Of a DNA stretch of 64,000 nucleotides, positions 1 to 8,837 are shown in pieces. Source of the stretch: a virus; the IMG/VR virus record IMGVR_UViG_3300045988_137032, positions 197,693 through 261,692 of that record. The stretch is one strand, 5' to 3'. The translations under genes and the position numbers were made by a program. The notes below the pieces were generated by a model. It searched no databases, was not told the origin of the DNA, and saw only the letters and a list, made by a program, of their open reading frames with translations. How positions within the stretch are numbered: position 1 is the stretch's first letter; the number at the start of each line of letters is the position of its first letter.

Positions 1-2193
1 ACTCGACTCGGAAGTAATGTGACAAACTTCATTGATATGAAGAAAACAGATAGAAAGAATTTCACTGGTAAGATTATCAGTGAAGCAGATATCTATCTGA
101 CATATTATAAGAAAATAATGGGCGATCGTCGTAAAGTACAAGTAGCCATGGCTCATACAACAGACATGATTACGAGATTGCATATTGACGATATTGATGC
201 ATTGAAAGAAGCTCAGAATTCTATTAAGAATCAGATACGAGATTACGACGATGCTATTACGAAAGCCCAGAAAGAATTAAGCGTGTATCAGTATCAACTC
301 GATGAATGTGGAAACTTATTTGATCTCCGTTCTCAATTGACTGATAAAGAAAAAGAGCTGAAGCATATCAAGAAAGTACTTGCTAAAGTAAGTGATGAAT
401 CTATGGATCTGGATAAGCTAAAAGCAAGTCTGGAAAAATGTAAGATTGAACTTATTAAAGCAAAATCAAATCTTGATAATATGAAGCTTTCTCGTACCAA
501 TTTAATCAATCAATTGGATAGTGTCATCAGTGAGATTGATGATGTTGCAAGAGAGATTGATCGAATTGATAATGACCAAAATCTCAAAGACATGGAGCAT
601 ATCATTGAATCCTTGAGAGAGAAAATTCAAAAGCGTGCTCATGAATCTGGATTGGCTGGATATATTTCTCCATGTTCAAAAGCTCAATTGGAAGAATTCA
701 TTAATGCTATGGATAGCGCAATGGATATTCTAATGACAACGTATGAACTTGGTAAAGGACCTATTGAGAAAGCTATTTCCTTTATTCATACGAATACGGA
801 TGCTGATGAATACGCAAGAAAGAATTCTGAGAAAGTTAAGAAGAATCGAATGCAAGCTCTTTGTGAGCAAGTATACGCAGAGATCTCGAAAGGTCTTGGT
901 GTAATCACTCCCGATTGCAAAGACTATACTGGATGTCCTGTATATAACTTCTATCAGATTCTTTATGACTATGCTTCTCAGAGTCCTGATAAAGTAGTTG
1001 AAGATGAAACCTTTGTAGCTTATACAAAGATGGCTTCTGCTAATATTCGTAAGGTATTACGAATCATCAAGAACTACAGCGAGCTTTATGATGAAGGAAG
1101 CATCATGCCAGATGCCATCAAGAAGCATTTCACACAAGAAGCAATCTTATCTCGTATTGCAAACATGCAATGGATTTATGATAAGAATCTTTTGTATGGA
1201 GAACTCAGTATCATTACGGAATATGAACTCCAGCAAGCTGATTTGGAAGAACTCCGTAAGCAAAAAGAAATGTATCGGAAGTATAAAGAAGCAAATAGCA
1301 ATAGTGAATACTTCCATACAAAGATGTCTGAATTACAGGATAAGAAAACAGACATCTCGTATCAGCTTGGTACAGTAAGAGCTGATATTTCCTCTACAGA
1401 AGAAAAGATTGATAATCTCACTGAGTATATCAGTGAGACGGAAGATATCATTTCTTCTATGGAAGAAAAAGATACTATTGAATCTGATTGGGAAGAATTA
1501 TCCAATAAGGTAGTATTAGCATCCGATCTTTCTAGTAAAGTAAAGACTATGAATGATAGAATTGCTACCATTCAGTATTCTCGTACTAAGCTTGATAAAG
1601 ATTATCAAAATAACGAATATAGGATTAAGTCCTATAAGGAATTGACTAAGGAGCTTAAGAAGCAAAATGAGTCCTTTATGGATCTCGATTACCTTAGTAA
1701 AGCATTATCCAGCAAAGAAGGAATTCCACTTATTTTCATCCAAGCCTATTTGAAAGATATTAAAGATATCGCTAATAATCTTTTAGATGTTGTGTATAAT
1801 GGAGATCTCAGGCTTGCTGAATTTGAAATCAGTGCAGATGAATTTGGTATTCCGTATATTACAAAAGGAGCTAAAGTAAAAGATGTTGTATATGCTAGTC
1901 AAGGTGAACGTAGTTTCATTTCTCTTGCATTATCTTTTGCTTTGACATGTAGAAGTCTTTCCAGTTACAATATCATGCTATTGGATGAGATTGATTCTAC
2001 ACTGGATACATCGAATCGTGAGAAGTTCTTACGTGTACTTGAAATGCAGATTGAAATGATTCATGCAGAGCAGGTATTCGTAATCTCTCACAACGACATG
2101 TTTAATGCATATCCTGTGGATATCGTAGATACCAAAGGTCAAAAGAATAAGAATGCCGAACTTGCTTCTTATATCAAGATTATAAAATCGTGA
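1..2193 (+). CDS. Rad50/SbcC-like SMC-type ATPase, 5'-truncated by window edge
   Basis: The frame of ORF 19..2193 stays open back to nt 1. Long K/E/L-rich coiled-coil, then ABC-signature-like 'ASQGERSFISLALSFAL', Walker B/D-loop 'IMLLDEIDSTLD' and H-loop 'VFVISHN'. No Walker A is visible, so the N-terminus presumably lies upstream. A hairpin terminator follows directly. Confidence 0.75.
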   Translation, partial: TRLGSNVTNFIDMKKTDRKNFTGKIISEADIYLTYYKKIMGDRRKVQVAMAHTTDMITRLHIDDIDALKEAQNSIKNQIRDYDDAITKAQKELSVYQYQLDECGNLFDLRSQLTDKEKELKHIKKVLAKVSDESMDLDKLKASLEKCKIELIKAKSNLDNMKLSRTNLINQLDSVISEIDDVAREIDRIDNDQNLKDMEHIIESLREKIQKRAHESGLAGYISPCSKAQLEEFINAMDSAMDILMTTYELGKGPIEKAISFIHTNTDADEYARKNSEKVKKNRMQALCEQVYAEISKGLGVITPDCKDYTGCPVYNFYQILYDYASQSPDKVVEDETFVAYTKMASANIRKVLRIIKNYSELYDEGSIMPDAIKKHFTQEAILSRIANMQWIYDKNLLYGELSIITEYELQQADLEELRKQKEMYRKYKEANSNSEYFHTKMSELQDKKTDISYQLGTVRADISSTEEKIDNLTEYISETEDIISSMEEKDTIESDWEELSNKVVLASDLSSKVKTMNDRIATIQYSRTKLDKDYQNNEYRIKSYKELTKELKKQNESFMDLDYLSKALSSKEGIPLIFIQAYLKDIKDIANNLLDVVYNGDLRLAEFEISADEFGIPYITKGAKVKDVVYASQGERSFISLALSFALTCRSLSSYNIMLLDEIDSTLDTSNREKFLRVLEMQIEMIHAEQVFVISHNDMFNAYPVDIVDTKGQKNKNAELASYIKIIKS

Positions 2194-2197
2194 TAAT

Positions 2198-2238
2198 AAC
2201 CACTCTAGTATATTTTGAATATACTAGAGTGGTTTTAT
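2198..2238 (+). terminator. intrinsic terminator
   Basis: 17-bp perfect stem aaccactctagtatatt/aatatactagagtggtt, 3-nt loop, T-rich tail. 4 nt after the stop of the Rad50-like gene. Confidence 0.8.
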
Positions 2239-2616
2239 AGATTCATGGTACTCACATCTATTTTCCTTCCTTTTCAAAGAAAAGAATTTTAATGAAGTAA
2301 TAAGCATATGCAATAACGTATACAACGTCTTCAATGAATTTTATTAAAAAATCCAATTGTATCATCTCCTTTCATAATTAATGGTTAACGAAGACTAGCA
2401 GGAAACGGACATATCCCACCAGTCTTCGTTAACCGTAGTCGATATTGAGAATATCTATACATGAAAAAATCGAGTGTGTATAAACTGTCATAAAATACTC
2501 TAGGAGGAAAATTTGATGACTTCTTATGGGAACAGAAAGAATGCAGGTTGATTTTTGAAAAACAAAGAATACTTCTATCACACTCGATTACCATAACGTA
2601 GGTATGAATATAAAAA

Positions 2617-2656
2617 AAGAAGGAAGGCTGATATATTTAAATCAGCCTTCCTTCTT
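2617..2656 (-). terminator. intrinsic terminator
   Basis: 16-bp stem aagaaggaaggctgat/atcagccttccttctt, followed by T7 on the minus strand. Downstream of 2716..3174. Confidence 0.8.
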
Positions 2657-2715
2657 ATAGTTAATTAGTAGACATTGGGCTCAACTGCTTCCTGCATATC
2701 GTTGACTTTATCCGA

Positions 2716-3174
2716 TTACTTAGACTTTTCATAAGCTTTCTCGGAACGATTAATCTCTTCATAATGTCTTCCATAGAGAGCCTGAGAAGTAGAATCAAAT
2801 GAAGACTTGTCATCATCTTCACAAGATTCAATTTCATCCTCAGACGGAAGTTCGTCGTAAAAGAACCGAGTACCTACAAGATCCTGAATCTTCTTGATAC
2901 AACCAGCATGGATCATATCAATCTCCATATCAGTATAGAAGATCTCAAGAACTCTCCTAACACCTTCAAGCTCACCATTGGCCATGAAGAACTGGTTGAT
3001 GTACCGACGAAGGAGAACATCGTCACTTGCCTTCAAAGAACCATGAGCGGCATCGTCATAAGAGAGGTTATTCTCATCACAGTAATCCTTCAATGTAGAA
3101 CTTGCATGTTGCATATCATCACAGGCATCACTATAGATGCGAAGCAGATTATCACGAATATTGCTTTCTTTCAT
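2716..3174 (-). CDS. hypothetical protein (acidic C-terminus; weak paralog of 3202..3630)
   Basis: ATG preceded by AAGGAGGG SD. 'RRYINQFFMANGELEGVRRVLEIFYTDMEI' resembles 'RNHYIKLSGQKEGLKELLRKYYTKYEI' in the neighbouring gene. Terminator downstream. Confidence 0.7.
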   Translation of the reverse strand: MKESNIRDNLLRIYSDACDDMQHASSTLKDYCDENNLSYDDAAHGSLKASDDVLLRRYINQFFMANGELEGVRRVLEIFYTDMEIDMIHAGCIKKIQDLVGTRFFYDELPSEDEIESCEDDDKSSFDSTSQALYGRHYEEINRSEKAYEKSK

Positions 3175-3201
3175 AATATCCCTCCTTAATTAGATGACGC
3201 C

Positions 3202-3630
3202 TCACTTAACTGCATCATTCATGTCATCAACCTGCTCACTACGTACAGACTCATCTGTACTATCTTCTTCGGACGCTTCATCGCACTGATCATTACCATC
3301 GCAGTCTTCATCAAGATCATCGTAAGTCTGTGCCTCATAGAATTCTCTCATCTCACAATTCAACTTATGACGATATGCTGCTGCATCTGTAAACAAGCCG
3401 ATCTCATACTTAGTATAGTATTTCCGGAGGAGCTCTTTCAATCCTTCTTTCTGTCCACTAAGTTTAATGTAGTGGTTTCTCATAGTCTCAAGCTCAATGC
3501 TTTGCCTAATGTCCTGATCATTGAGACCCTGTTCATACTCGCGATATTCTTCATAAGCAACATCGTAGGCAATAACTGCAGCGATATACTTCTCAATGAT
3601 GTCGGTCTTCAACTTATTTTTCTTTTTCAT
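3202..3630 (-). CDS. hypothetical protein (acidic C-terminus)
   Basis: ATG preceded by TAGGAGGT SD. Tandem with 2716..3174 and weakly similar to it. Confidence 0.7.
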   Translation of the reverse strand: MKKKNKLKTDIIEKYIAAVIAYDVAYEEYREYEQGLNDQDIRQSIELETMRNHYIKLSGQKEGLKELLRKYYTKYEIGLFTDAAAYRHKLNCEMREFYEAQTYDDLDEDCDGNDQCDEASEEDSTDESVRSEQVDDMNDAVK

Positions 3631-3686
3631 AATTATACCTCCTAAAATTAAAAAGGGGAAGACTTAGTATTAAGTCTTCCCCAATC

Positions 3687-4253
3687 TTACAAACCATAAC
3701 GGTCTTTCAGACGCTGATGCTGTCTTGCTACTTTGATAGCAAGCACCTTCTCAACATCCTTTGATTTTACACCATATCCCTGCATCAGCATATGAGATGC
3801 ATTATTCATATTATTGATACAAGGAATAATCTTGTGCTTGATGTAATCTTCCATGTCTTCGATCTCATCCTTCTTACGAAGATACTTCGTGATGATCTGA
3901 TGAGATTCACAAAGAAGTTTCATAGCTTTCATAGAAGCTCTCTTCTTCTTGCAATTGGTATCAAGCTTACCAATATCCTTATTCTTCACATGGAAGATTT
4001 CCTGAACGATCAGGACGCAGAGTTTCACATCAGCGATTTCTTCTGCGGTATGCACATAGCTGCCATCTCCATCAATATTATCGGCAATAACCTCGATGAG
4101 TTCACACATCTCCTCCAGACAAACGACAAGATAGGTTTCTTCGCCGATCATATCAAGGGTTTTACGAATAGCATCCAATGCATATTTCTTTGTAAAAGCG
4201 GGAACGCGTTTGTCTTTCATTCCCGCTTTAATAGCTGCTTCATTCATTGGCAT
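3687..4253 (-). CDS. MazG-like all-alpha NTP pyrophosphohydrolase
   Basis: Start moved to the internal ATG at 4253 (GAGGTG SD; the longer track ORF overlaps the upstream gene). Motifs 'CLEEMCELIEVIAD' and 'TAEEIADVKLCVL' match the EExxE...EExxD metal-binding pattern of MazG-type enzymes. Confidence 0.55.
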   Translation of the reverse strand: MPMNEAAIKAGMKDKRVPAFTKKYALDAIRKTLDMIGEETYLVVCLEEMCELIEVIADNIDGDGSYVHTAEEIADVKLCVLIVQEIFHVKNKDIGKLDTNCKKKRASMKAMKLLCESHQIITKYLRKKDEIEDMEDYIKHKIIPCINNMNNASHMLMQGYGVKSKDVEKVLAIKVARQHQRLKDRYGL

Positions 4254-4260
4254 ACACCTC

Positions 4261-5025
4261 TCATTCAAAGTTAGGGATTGACTTCTGTACTTGAGCCGGA
4301 GTACTATGGGCTTCCGGTTCTTTTGGCTTTTCTTCTTCATAAAGTGCTTTCTTCGTTGGGAAAGTTGGACTAACGAGTATAGTCGGTGGATCTTCTGTAT
4401 CCGTATCATCCTTTGTGGATTTTTCATAAAGCAATAGTAATTCCATTGCCATACTATCCATATTGATACCAACTAGCATATCATAGAATCCAATGAGTTC
4501 ATCCAAAGTCAATGTGCAATAGTTGTCAGGAGTATTAATCATGAAGAATGCACCTTCGCATGCAGTATTCGGATTCTCAGGATCTTTATAAACAACAGTT
4601 GGTGCCAATCGGATTGTGGATCCATTCGATAGCCGTATCTCTTGGAGATATTTTAAGGCTTCTTGTTTTTCGGTCTTAAGTTTATCACTGGAATCATAAT
4701 AGAAGAGACTTTCCGATTCTGTATAGCATGCGATTAATTTCTTAATCTTACCCGTAAGGATATGCTTATACATCCGATTCACATTCACACGTAAATTCGG
4801 ATTTCTGGAATCCTCATTCTTATCTTTTGTACCAGAGATATCGATCGTAATAAATGGATGTGGAGCTACCCGAAAGTACTCCACGCCCATAAATTTACTA
4901 CGATCAACGACTTTGATCTTATTCCCTTTCTTAAGGGCAAAATCTTTTTCGTCCTCAACCATGACCGAAAGCCTTATCTTCATGGTAGGTGTAACCTTAC
5001 CATATTCATAGCTTAAGGTAAGCAC
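4261..5025 (-). CDS. hypothetical protein
   Basis: GTG start with AAGGAG SD embedded in the end of the upstream gene. 254 aa, no motif recognised. Confidence 0.65.
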   Translation of the reverse strand: MLTLSYEYGKVTPTMKIRLSVMVEDEKDFALKKGNKIKVVDRSKFMGVEYFRVAPHPFITIDISGTKDKNEDSRNPNLRVNVNRMYKHILTGKIKKLIACYTESESLFYYDSSDKLKTEKQEALKYLQEIRLSNGSTIRLAPTVVYKDPENPNTACEGAFFMINTPDNYCTLTLDELIGFYDMLVGINMDSMAMELLLLYEKSTKDDTDTEDPPTILVSPTFPTKKALYEEEKPKEPEAHSTPAQVQKSIPNFE

Positions 5026-5028
5026 GTA

Positions 5029-5256
5029 TTACTCCTTCGGTGCAATCATGACATTCATATCGATATCAGTATCCGTGGAATATCTGCTATGGATCGTATC
5101 ACGAGCGAGCTCGTCGATCTCATTGCGTACCACGTTATCGTAATCCTTCATGACGATATTGTACCGGGTTTCCAGCTTCTTGGGAATGGAATCTCCAAGA
5201 GCCTCACGAAGACTTACCAAGAGATCATAGATCTCAGATTTCTTTGCGTTGATCAT
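5029..5256 (-). CDS. hypothetical small protein
   Basis: Start moved to the ATG at 5256, preceded by TAAGGAGGA. The longer track ORF overlaps the end of the RNAP beta-like gene. Confidence 0.6.
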   Translation of the reverse strand: MINAKKSEIYDLLVSLREALGDSIPKKLETRYNIVMKDYDNVVRNEIDELARDTIHSRYSTDTDIDMNVMIAPKE

Positions 5257-5266
5257 ACTATCCTCC

Positions 5267-7033
5267 TTAGGAATTTGAGTCAGTAGATTCGGAATCTTTT
5301 GCTTCCTTATTCTCATTGTCATTTCCCTGAGTCATATCCTCAGTATTCTCGACAACGATCTCATACTTCTCACGAGAAGTACCATTGACTGTGAACGAAC
5401 CACGGTTAAACTCAGAGAGCTTATTCAGCAACGCATAGTATTCTTCCTTCGTATCGCAATTGATCTTGATGTATTCATAATGCTCTTCAGCCATGACATG
5501 CTCAAGATCTTTTGCATATTCGAATCGGAATGCATCGGTCTCATTGGATTCATCAAAATAGAATCCTTTGATCTTACCGAACGGAGTCAGGACACCAGAA
5601 GTACCAGGGTCAGAGTTACCGCAAACAAGTAAGTCGATATTACCGAGGAAGCTCGGATGAGAACCACGATAACGAATCGAGATGTTGTTGGAATTCTTTC
5701 CACCCATAGAGTGGGGTCCCTTGATTGTATACTTGAACTTGCTGAAGAAGTCCATGTCGTTCATGTTATCGTTAAACCGGAGAATACCAGAAGAATGCAT
5801 CTTCTGAATCAGAATCTCACCAGTGAAACGGAACATGTTCGTGAAGTTATCCATGGTTGCTTTATTGCCAAGGGTAATCACAGAGTTAAGTCTGGAGGAG
5901 AAGTCCAAAGTCAGAAGAGATGCGATGTATTCATTACAACGCAGTCTCTTATTATCCAGACTCATATTATCCTTCAAACGAAGAGTACCAAAGTTCTGCA
6001 TCATCCAACGAAGGACTGCATAGATATCATTCTTCTCGTAATCATCCAGTTTCAGAATCTTACGAGTGGTAACATCTATCAGTCGATTGAAGAAGACCAG
6101 AATGTCTTCCCCCTTCTCAACCGTGTTGTTATTGGAAAGGGACTTGATCCAAACCGTCTTGTCATGGAAATCCTTAATCGTGGTACGAGAATTACTGACG
6201 GTAAGAAGACCGCCAATAATAGACTGGATATAAGGATACTTCATGAACAACTCACGGTTGACTTCAACGAAGCAATGACTGGAAATTTGGAAATAGATAT
6301 TCCGAGTTTCATCAGCATCAGAAAGATCCTTCTTCAGAGAAACGATATTATCTACTTCCAGATAGCTCATTGCCCATTCCCAACCATTTGCCAGATAGAA
6401 CAGCATGATGGGAATTTCTTTACGGAACACAAAGACATTATAGACGGGGATATTGTACTCAACACCAGCAATATCCTTGCCACCAGTCTCACTGCGTACC
6501 ATCTCATCAGCCTTGATACCATTTCGCTTCACGCAGATAGGCATCAAAGACTTCAGAGTAACTGCATTATTCGAAGTATAGGTAGACTTATCAACCAGCT
6601 GATAGATCATGTAATACTTCTTGCCACGGATATAGAAGAAGCCATCATCATCCTGAATCGGAATCAGCATCTGCTTGATGATTCGCTTCCTATGGATTTT
6701 CGGTTCATCCGGATTCTTTGTATCCGTTTCTTTCACAGTAACCTCAATGGTAACTGTGAGACAACCACAACGGTCGTCATTGATGAACTTATAATCGAAT
6801 CGATCCTTCTTACGCTTCTTCTTTTCACGCTTGAAGATGTGGTTATTGATATCGATCGTGGCTTCGTTATCATTCCACTTAAATCCGATGATTTGAATAT
6901 TCTTAACGATTTCGAGGCTACGCCAGACATCCTTGATGTACTCAACGAGAGGAAGATCAGCTTCCTTATTCATCAGAGGCACATTCAATTCTTTCTCAAA
7001 TTCTGACGTATACTCACCGATATACTTGAGCAT
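5267..7033 (-). CDS. multisubunit RNA polymerase beta-like subunit, N-terminal half (split beta)
   Basis: Start at the ATG at 7033 (AAGGAGGA SD). 'DDGFFYIRGKKYYMIYQLVDKSTY' resembles the RpoB 'GxFIINGxERVIVSQLxRSPG' motif. The C-terminal 'RYRGSHPSFLGNIDLLVCGNSDPGTSGVLTPFGKIKGFY' resembles RpoB '[28 protein letters not shown]'. The protein ends just after this motif, as in split beta subunits of jumbo phages. Confidence 0.6.
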   Translation of the reverse strand: MLKYIGEYTSEFEKELNVPLMNKEADLPLVEYIKDVWRSLEIVKNIQIIGFKWNDNEATIDINNHIFKREKKKRKKDRFDYKFINDDRCGCLTVTIEVTVKETDTKNPDEPKIHRKRIIKQMLIPIQDDDGFFYIRGKKYYMIYQLVDKSTYTSNNAVTLKSLMPICVKRNGIKADEMVRSETGGKDIAGVEYNIPVYNVFVFRKEIPIMLFYLANGWEWAMSYLEVDNIVSLKKDLSDADETRNIYFQISSHCFVEVNRELFMKYPYIQSIIGGLLTVSNSRTTIKDFHDKTVWIKSLSNNNTVEKGEDILVFFNRLIDVTTRKILKLDDYEKNDIYAVLRWMMQNFGTLRLKDNMSLDNKRLRCNEYIASLLTLDFSSRLNSVITLGNKATMDNFTNMFRFTGEILIQKMHSSGILRFNDNMNDMDFFSKFKYTIKGPHSMGGKNSNNISIRYRGSHPSFLGNIDLLVCGNSDPGTSGVLTPFGKIKGFYFDESNETDAFRFEYAKDLEHVMAEEHYEYIKINCDTKEEYYALLNKLSEFNRGSFTVNGTSREKYEIVVENTEDMTQGNDNENKEAKDSESTDSNS

Positions 7034-7057
7034 ACTTTCGTCCTCCTTGAAAAAATA

Positions 7058-7100
7058 ATGGGCCCACATGATTCTTTATAGATTCTTCATGTGAGCCCAT
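7058..7100 (-). terminator. hairpin/terminator directly upstream of the RNAP beta-like SD
   Basis: 14-bp stem with one mismatch (atgggcccacatga/tcatgtgagcccat), then TATTTTTT on the minus strand, ending at the AAGGAGGA SD of 5267..7033. Confidence 0.6.
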
Positions 7101-7132
7101 CGTATTACCGTTATGGGATACTCAGGTTAAAA

Positions 7133-7846
7133 TTAACCCTCGTTGGAACCAGTTGCCAGCTTATCGTTCTTGAACTTCAGCTTCAGACTGATGCTGGGGA
7201 GATAATAAATCTCCTCATCACCATCCTCAGTGAGCTCAGCACCAACCGTATAAAGGCCAGCGACATTCAGAGAATAGTCGCTGCTGTTGCCATCACGACG
7301 CTTCAGACGAACATGCTCCAGAATTGCATTGTGGACAATGCAGAACAGCGGAATGATGAACTCATGAGACTCCAGCTTGATATTGATCATTTCACCAAGC
7401 TTCGCCTTCGCCTTGCCAGAGATCTCTTTGATCACTTCATGGCTCTCAGTAATATTCTTGGAGTTCCACTGAGTTGCCAGATTGATGGTGGACTGATCAC
7501 TGTCGTCATCATCGATGGAGCTATCGCTCTGAGTGGACTTGCAATGCTTCATGTACACCATGAAGTTACCGACCTTCTCATCATCCTCGCTGTTGGTGGT
7601 ATTGTAACCGATAATCAGACGATTTGCGAGATTCAGTTCATAAGAATCCCACTTATCCTCACGCTCTGCAACCACATCCGTGATTGCATCAAAGATTGTA
7701 CCATAGATGGCCATCACAACCTTCGGGTTGTTGATGCCCAGACGGAGAGACCGCTTAATCTGATCGATTGCTTCGGAACCGATATCCTCGATCTCCTTAA
7801 CATCATCGACCACATTGTTTACAAACCATTCTTCACACTTAGTCAT
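7133..7846 (-). CDS. hypothetical protein (G/C-ending codon class)
   Basis: AAAGGAGA SD. 237 aa. Visibly richer in G/C-ending codons than neighbouring genes. Confidence 0.7.
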   Translation of the reverse strand: MTKCEEWFVNNVVDDVKEIEDIGSEAIDQIKRSLRLGINNPKVVMAIYGTIFDAITDVVAEREDKWDSYELNLANRLIIGYNTTNSEDDEKVGNFMVYMKHCKSTQSDSSIDDDDSDQSTINLATQWNSKNITESHEVIKEISGKAKAKLGEMINIKLESHEFIIPLFCIVHNAILEHVRLKRRDGNSSDYSLNVAGLYTVGAELTEDGDEEIYYLPSISLKLKFKNDKLATGSNEG

Positions 7847-7976
7847 TTTCGTTGTCTCCTTTGTGTTTTCTATAGGGTTTATAGTCGTCCTTTATGACAA
7901 GAACGAGCTTACTACAAAGTGTACTCTGAAATAAATTTCAAATTCACTTGTAGTAAGCTCGTTCATTATCACCTAT

Positions 7977-7987
7977 ATATAATATAT
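7977..7987 (-). promoter_or_regulatory. promoter-like core ATATATTATAT
   Basis: Exact core read on the minus strand, 130 nt upstream of the 7846 ATG. A 5'-leader hairpin (7905-7962) lies between them. Confidence 0.5.
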
Positions 7988-8012
7988 AAGCGAACTGTCT
8001 TTTTGATTGAAA

Positions 8013-8426
8013 TTACTTAGATGCATCAGGAATCTTCATATCCAGCATGAAAGCAGAACGCTTTGCAAAATACTGGGTAATGTACTTCTCGCTCTTCTCC
8101 AGAGCATTGCCAGCCATGCTGGAGAAGATGATGGACTTGCTGTGGTTGTTCAAGAAGACCACGGTCTTATAGGTACGCTCCGGATCCTGACCGGGACGAG
8201 GATTCTTGATACGTGTGGTGCTCTCAACGACGCAAATCGTTGCGGAGATAACCTTATCTTCCTGGCCCTTCGGATTCATCTCGATGGTGATAGATGCATG
8301 CGAGCTCGTATCAGTGACATTGGATGCCTTCACGTGGATGTCCATCTTCTCATTTAGCCAAGCCAGATCGCCAGTCCATGCTTCTGTCTTGTAGTGGTTT
8401 GCGAGACTCTTGATGTCAGTTTTCAT
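8013..8426 (-). CDS. hypothetical protein (G/C-ending codon class)
   Basis: AGAGG SD; 137 aa. Confidence 0.7.
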   Translation of the reverse strand: MKTDIKSLANHYKTEAWTGDLAWLNEKMDIHVKASNVTDTSSHASITIEMNPKGQEDKVISATICVVESTTRIKNPRPGQDPERTYKTVVFLNNHSKSIIFSSMAGNALEKSEKYITQYFAKRSAFMLDMKIPDASK

Positions 8427-8547
8427 GTTTAGATACCTCTTTCTAATTATATTTAGGAATCGCTTTCAGGTGACGGGAATCCTGAAAGCATTAATATCTA
8501 ATTGTAATTAGTATGTTATTTTCCAATATAATTAGTTAGAGGAAATC

Positions 8548-8727
8548 TCATTTAAAAAGACGATCAAACATCATCTCTTTTTCAATCACAGTGGCTTCAT
8601 CCACCTTAGTACCACATTTAGTACAGATATAGATTTCACGGTGACCATCAACCATCTCAAACTTCCATTCGTGATTGCAGAAATGACGAAGGAATTTCTT
8701 TTTGAATTCTTCTTTTGTAAGTTTCAT
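8548..8727 (-). CDS. small zinc-ribbon-like protein (59 aa, below ORF-track cutoff)
   Basis: My own translation: MKLTKEEFKKKFLRHFCNHEWKFEMVDGHREIYICTKCGTKVDEATVIEKEMMFDRLFK. GGAGAG SD upstream. CxH...CxxC pattern. Confidence 0.45.
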   Translation of the reverse strand: MKLTKEEFKKKFLRHFCNHEWKFEMVDGHREIYICTKCGTKVDEATVIEKEMMFDRLFK

Positions 8728-8791
8728 TAGCTCTCCATAGATGTCTTGAAAACAGTCTTATTAAAGTCGCCCACGGGTTCTTCATAAGGAA

Positions 8792-8832
8792 AGGATGGTG
8801 CTAGATATCAGAAATGATACTAGCACCATCCT
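8792..8832 (-). terminator. hairpin after the ligase gene
   Basis: 13-bp stem aggatggtgctag/ctagcaccatcct, 5 nt after the ligA stop; T-rich tail. Confidence 0.6.
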
Positions 8833-8837
8833 CTTAT

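Noticed and set aside
5657-7006. Other long antisense ORFs: 5657..7006, 7091..7897, 8814..9881, 20531..21691, 22007..22939, 23857..25134, 27433..28461, 28784..29656, 29905..30894, 31093..32484, 41105..42193, 42261..43634, 53914..54726, 58067..59305, 60205..60654, 63021..63569
   Set aside because: Each lies fully inside a motif-supported or SD-supported gene on the other strand. Each lacks an SD and has low-complexity composition. The same applies to the many 60-130-aa nested ORFs in the track.
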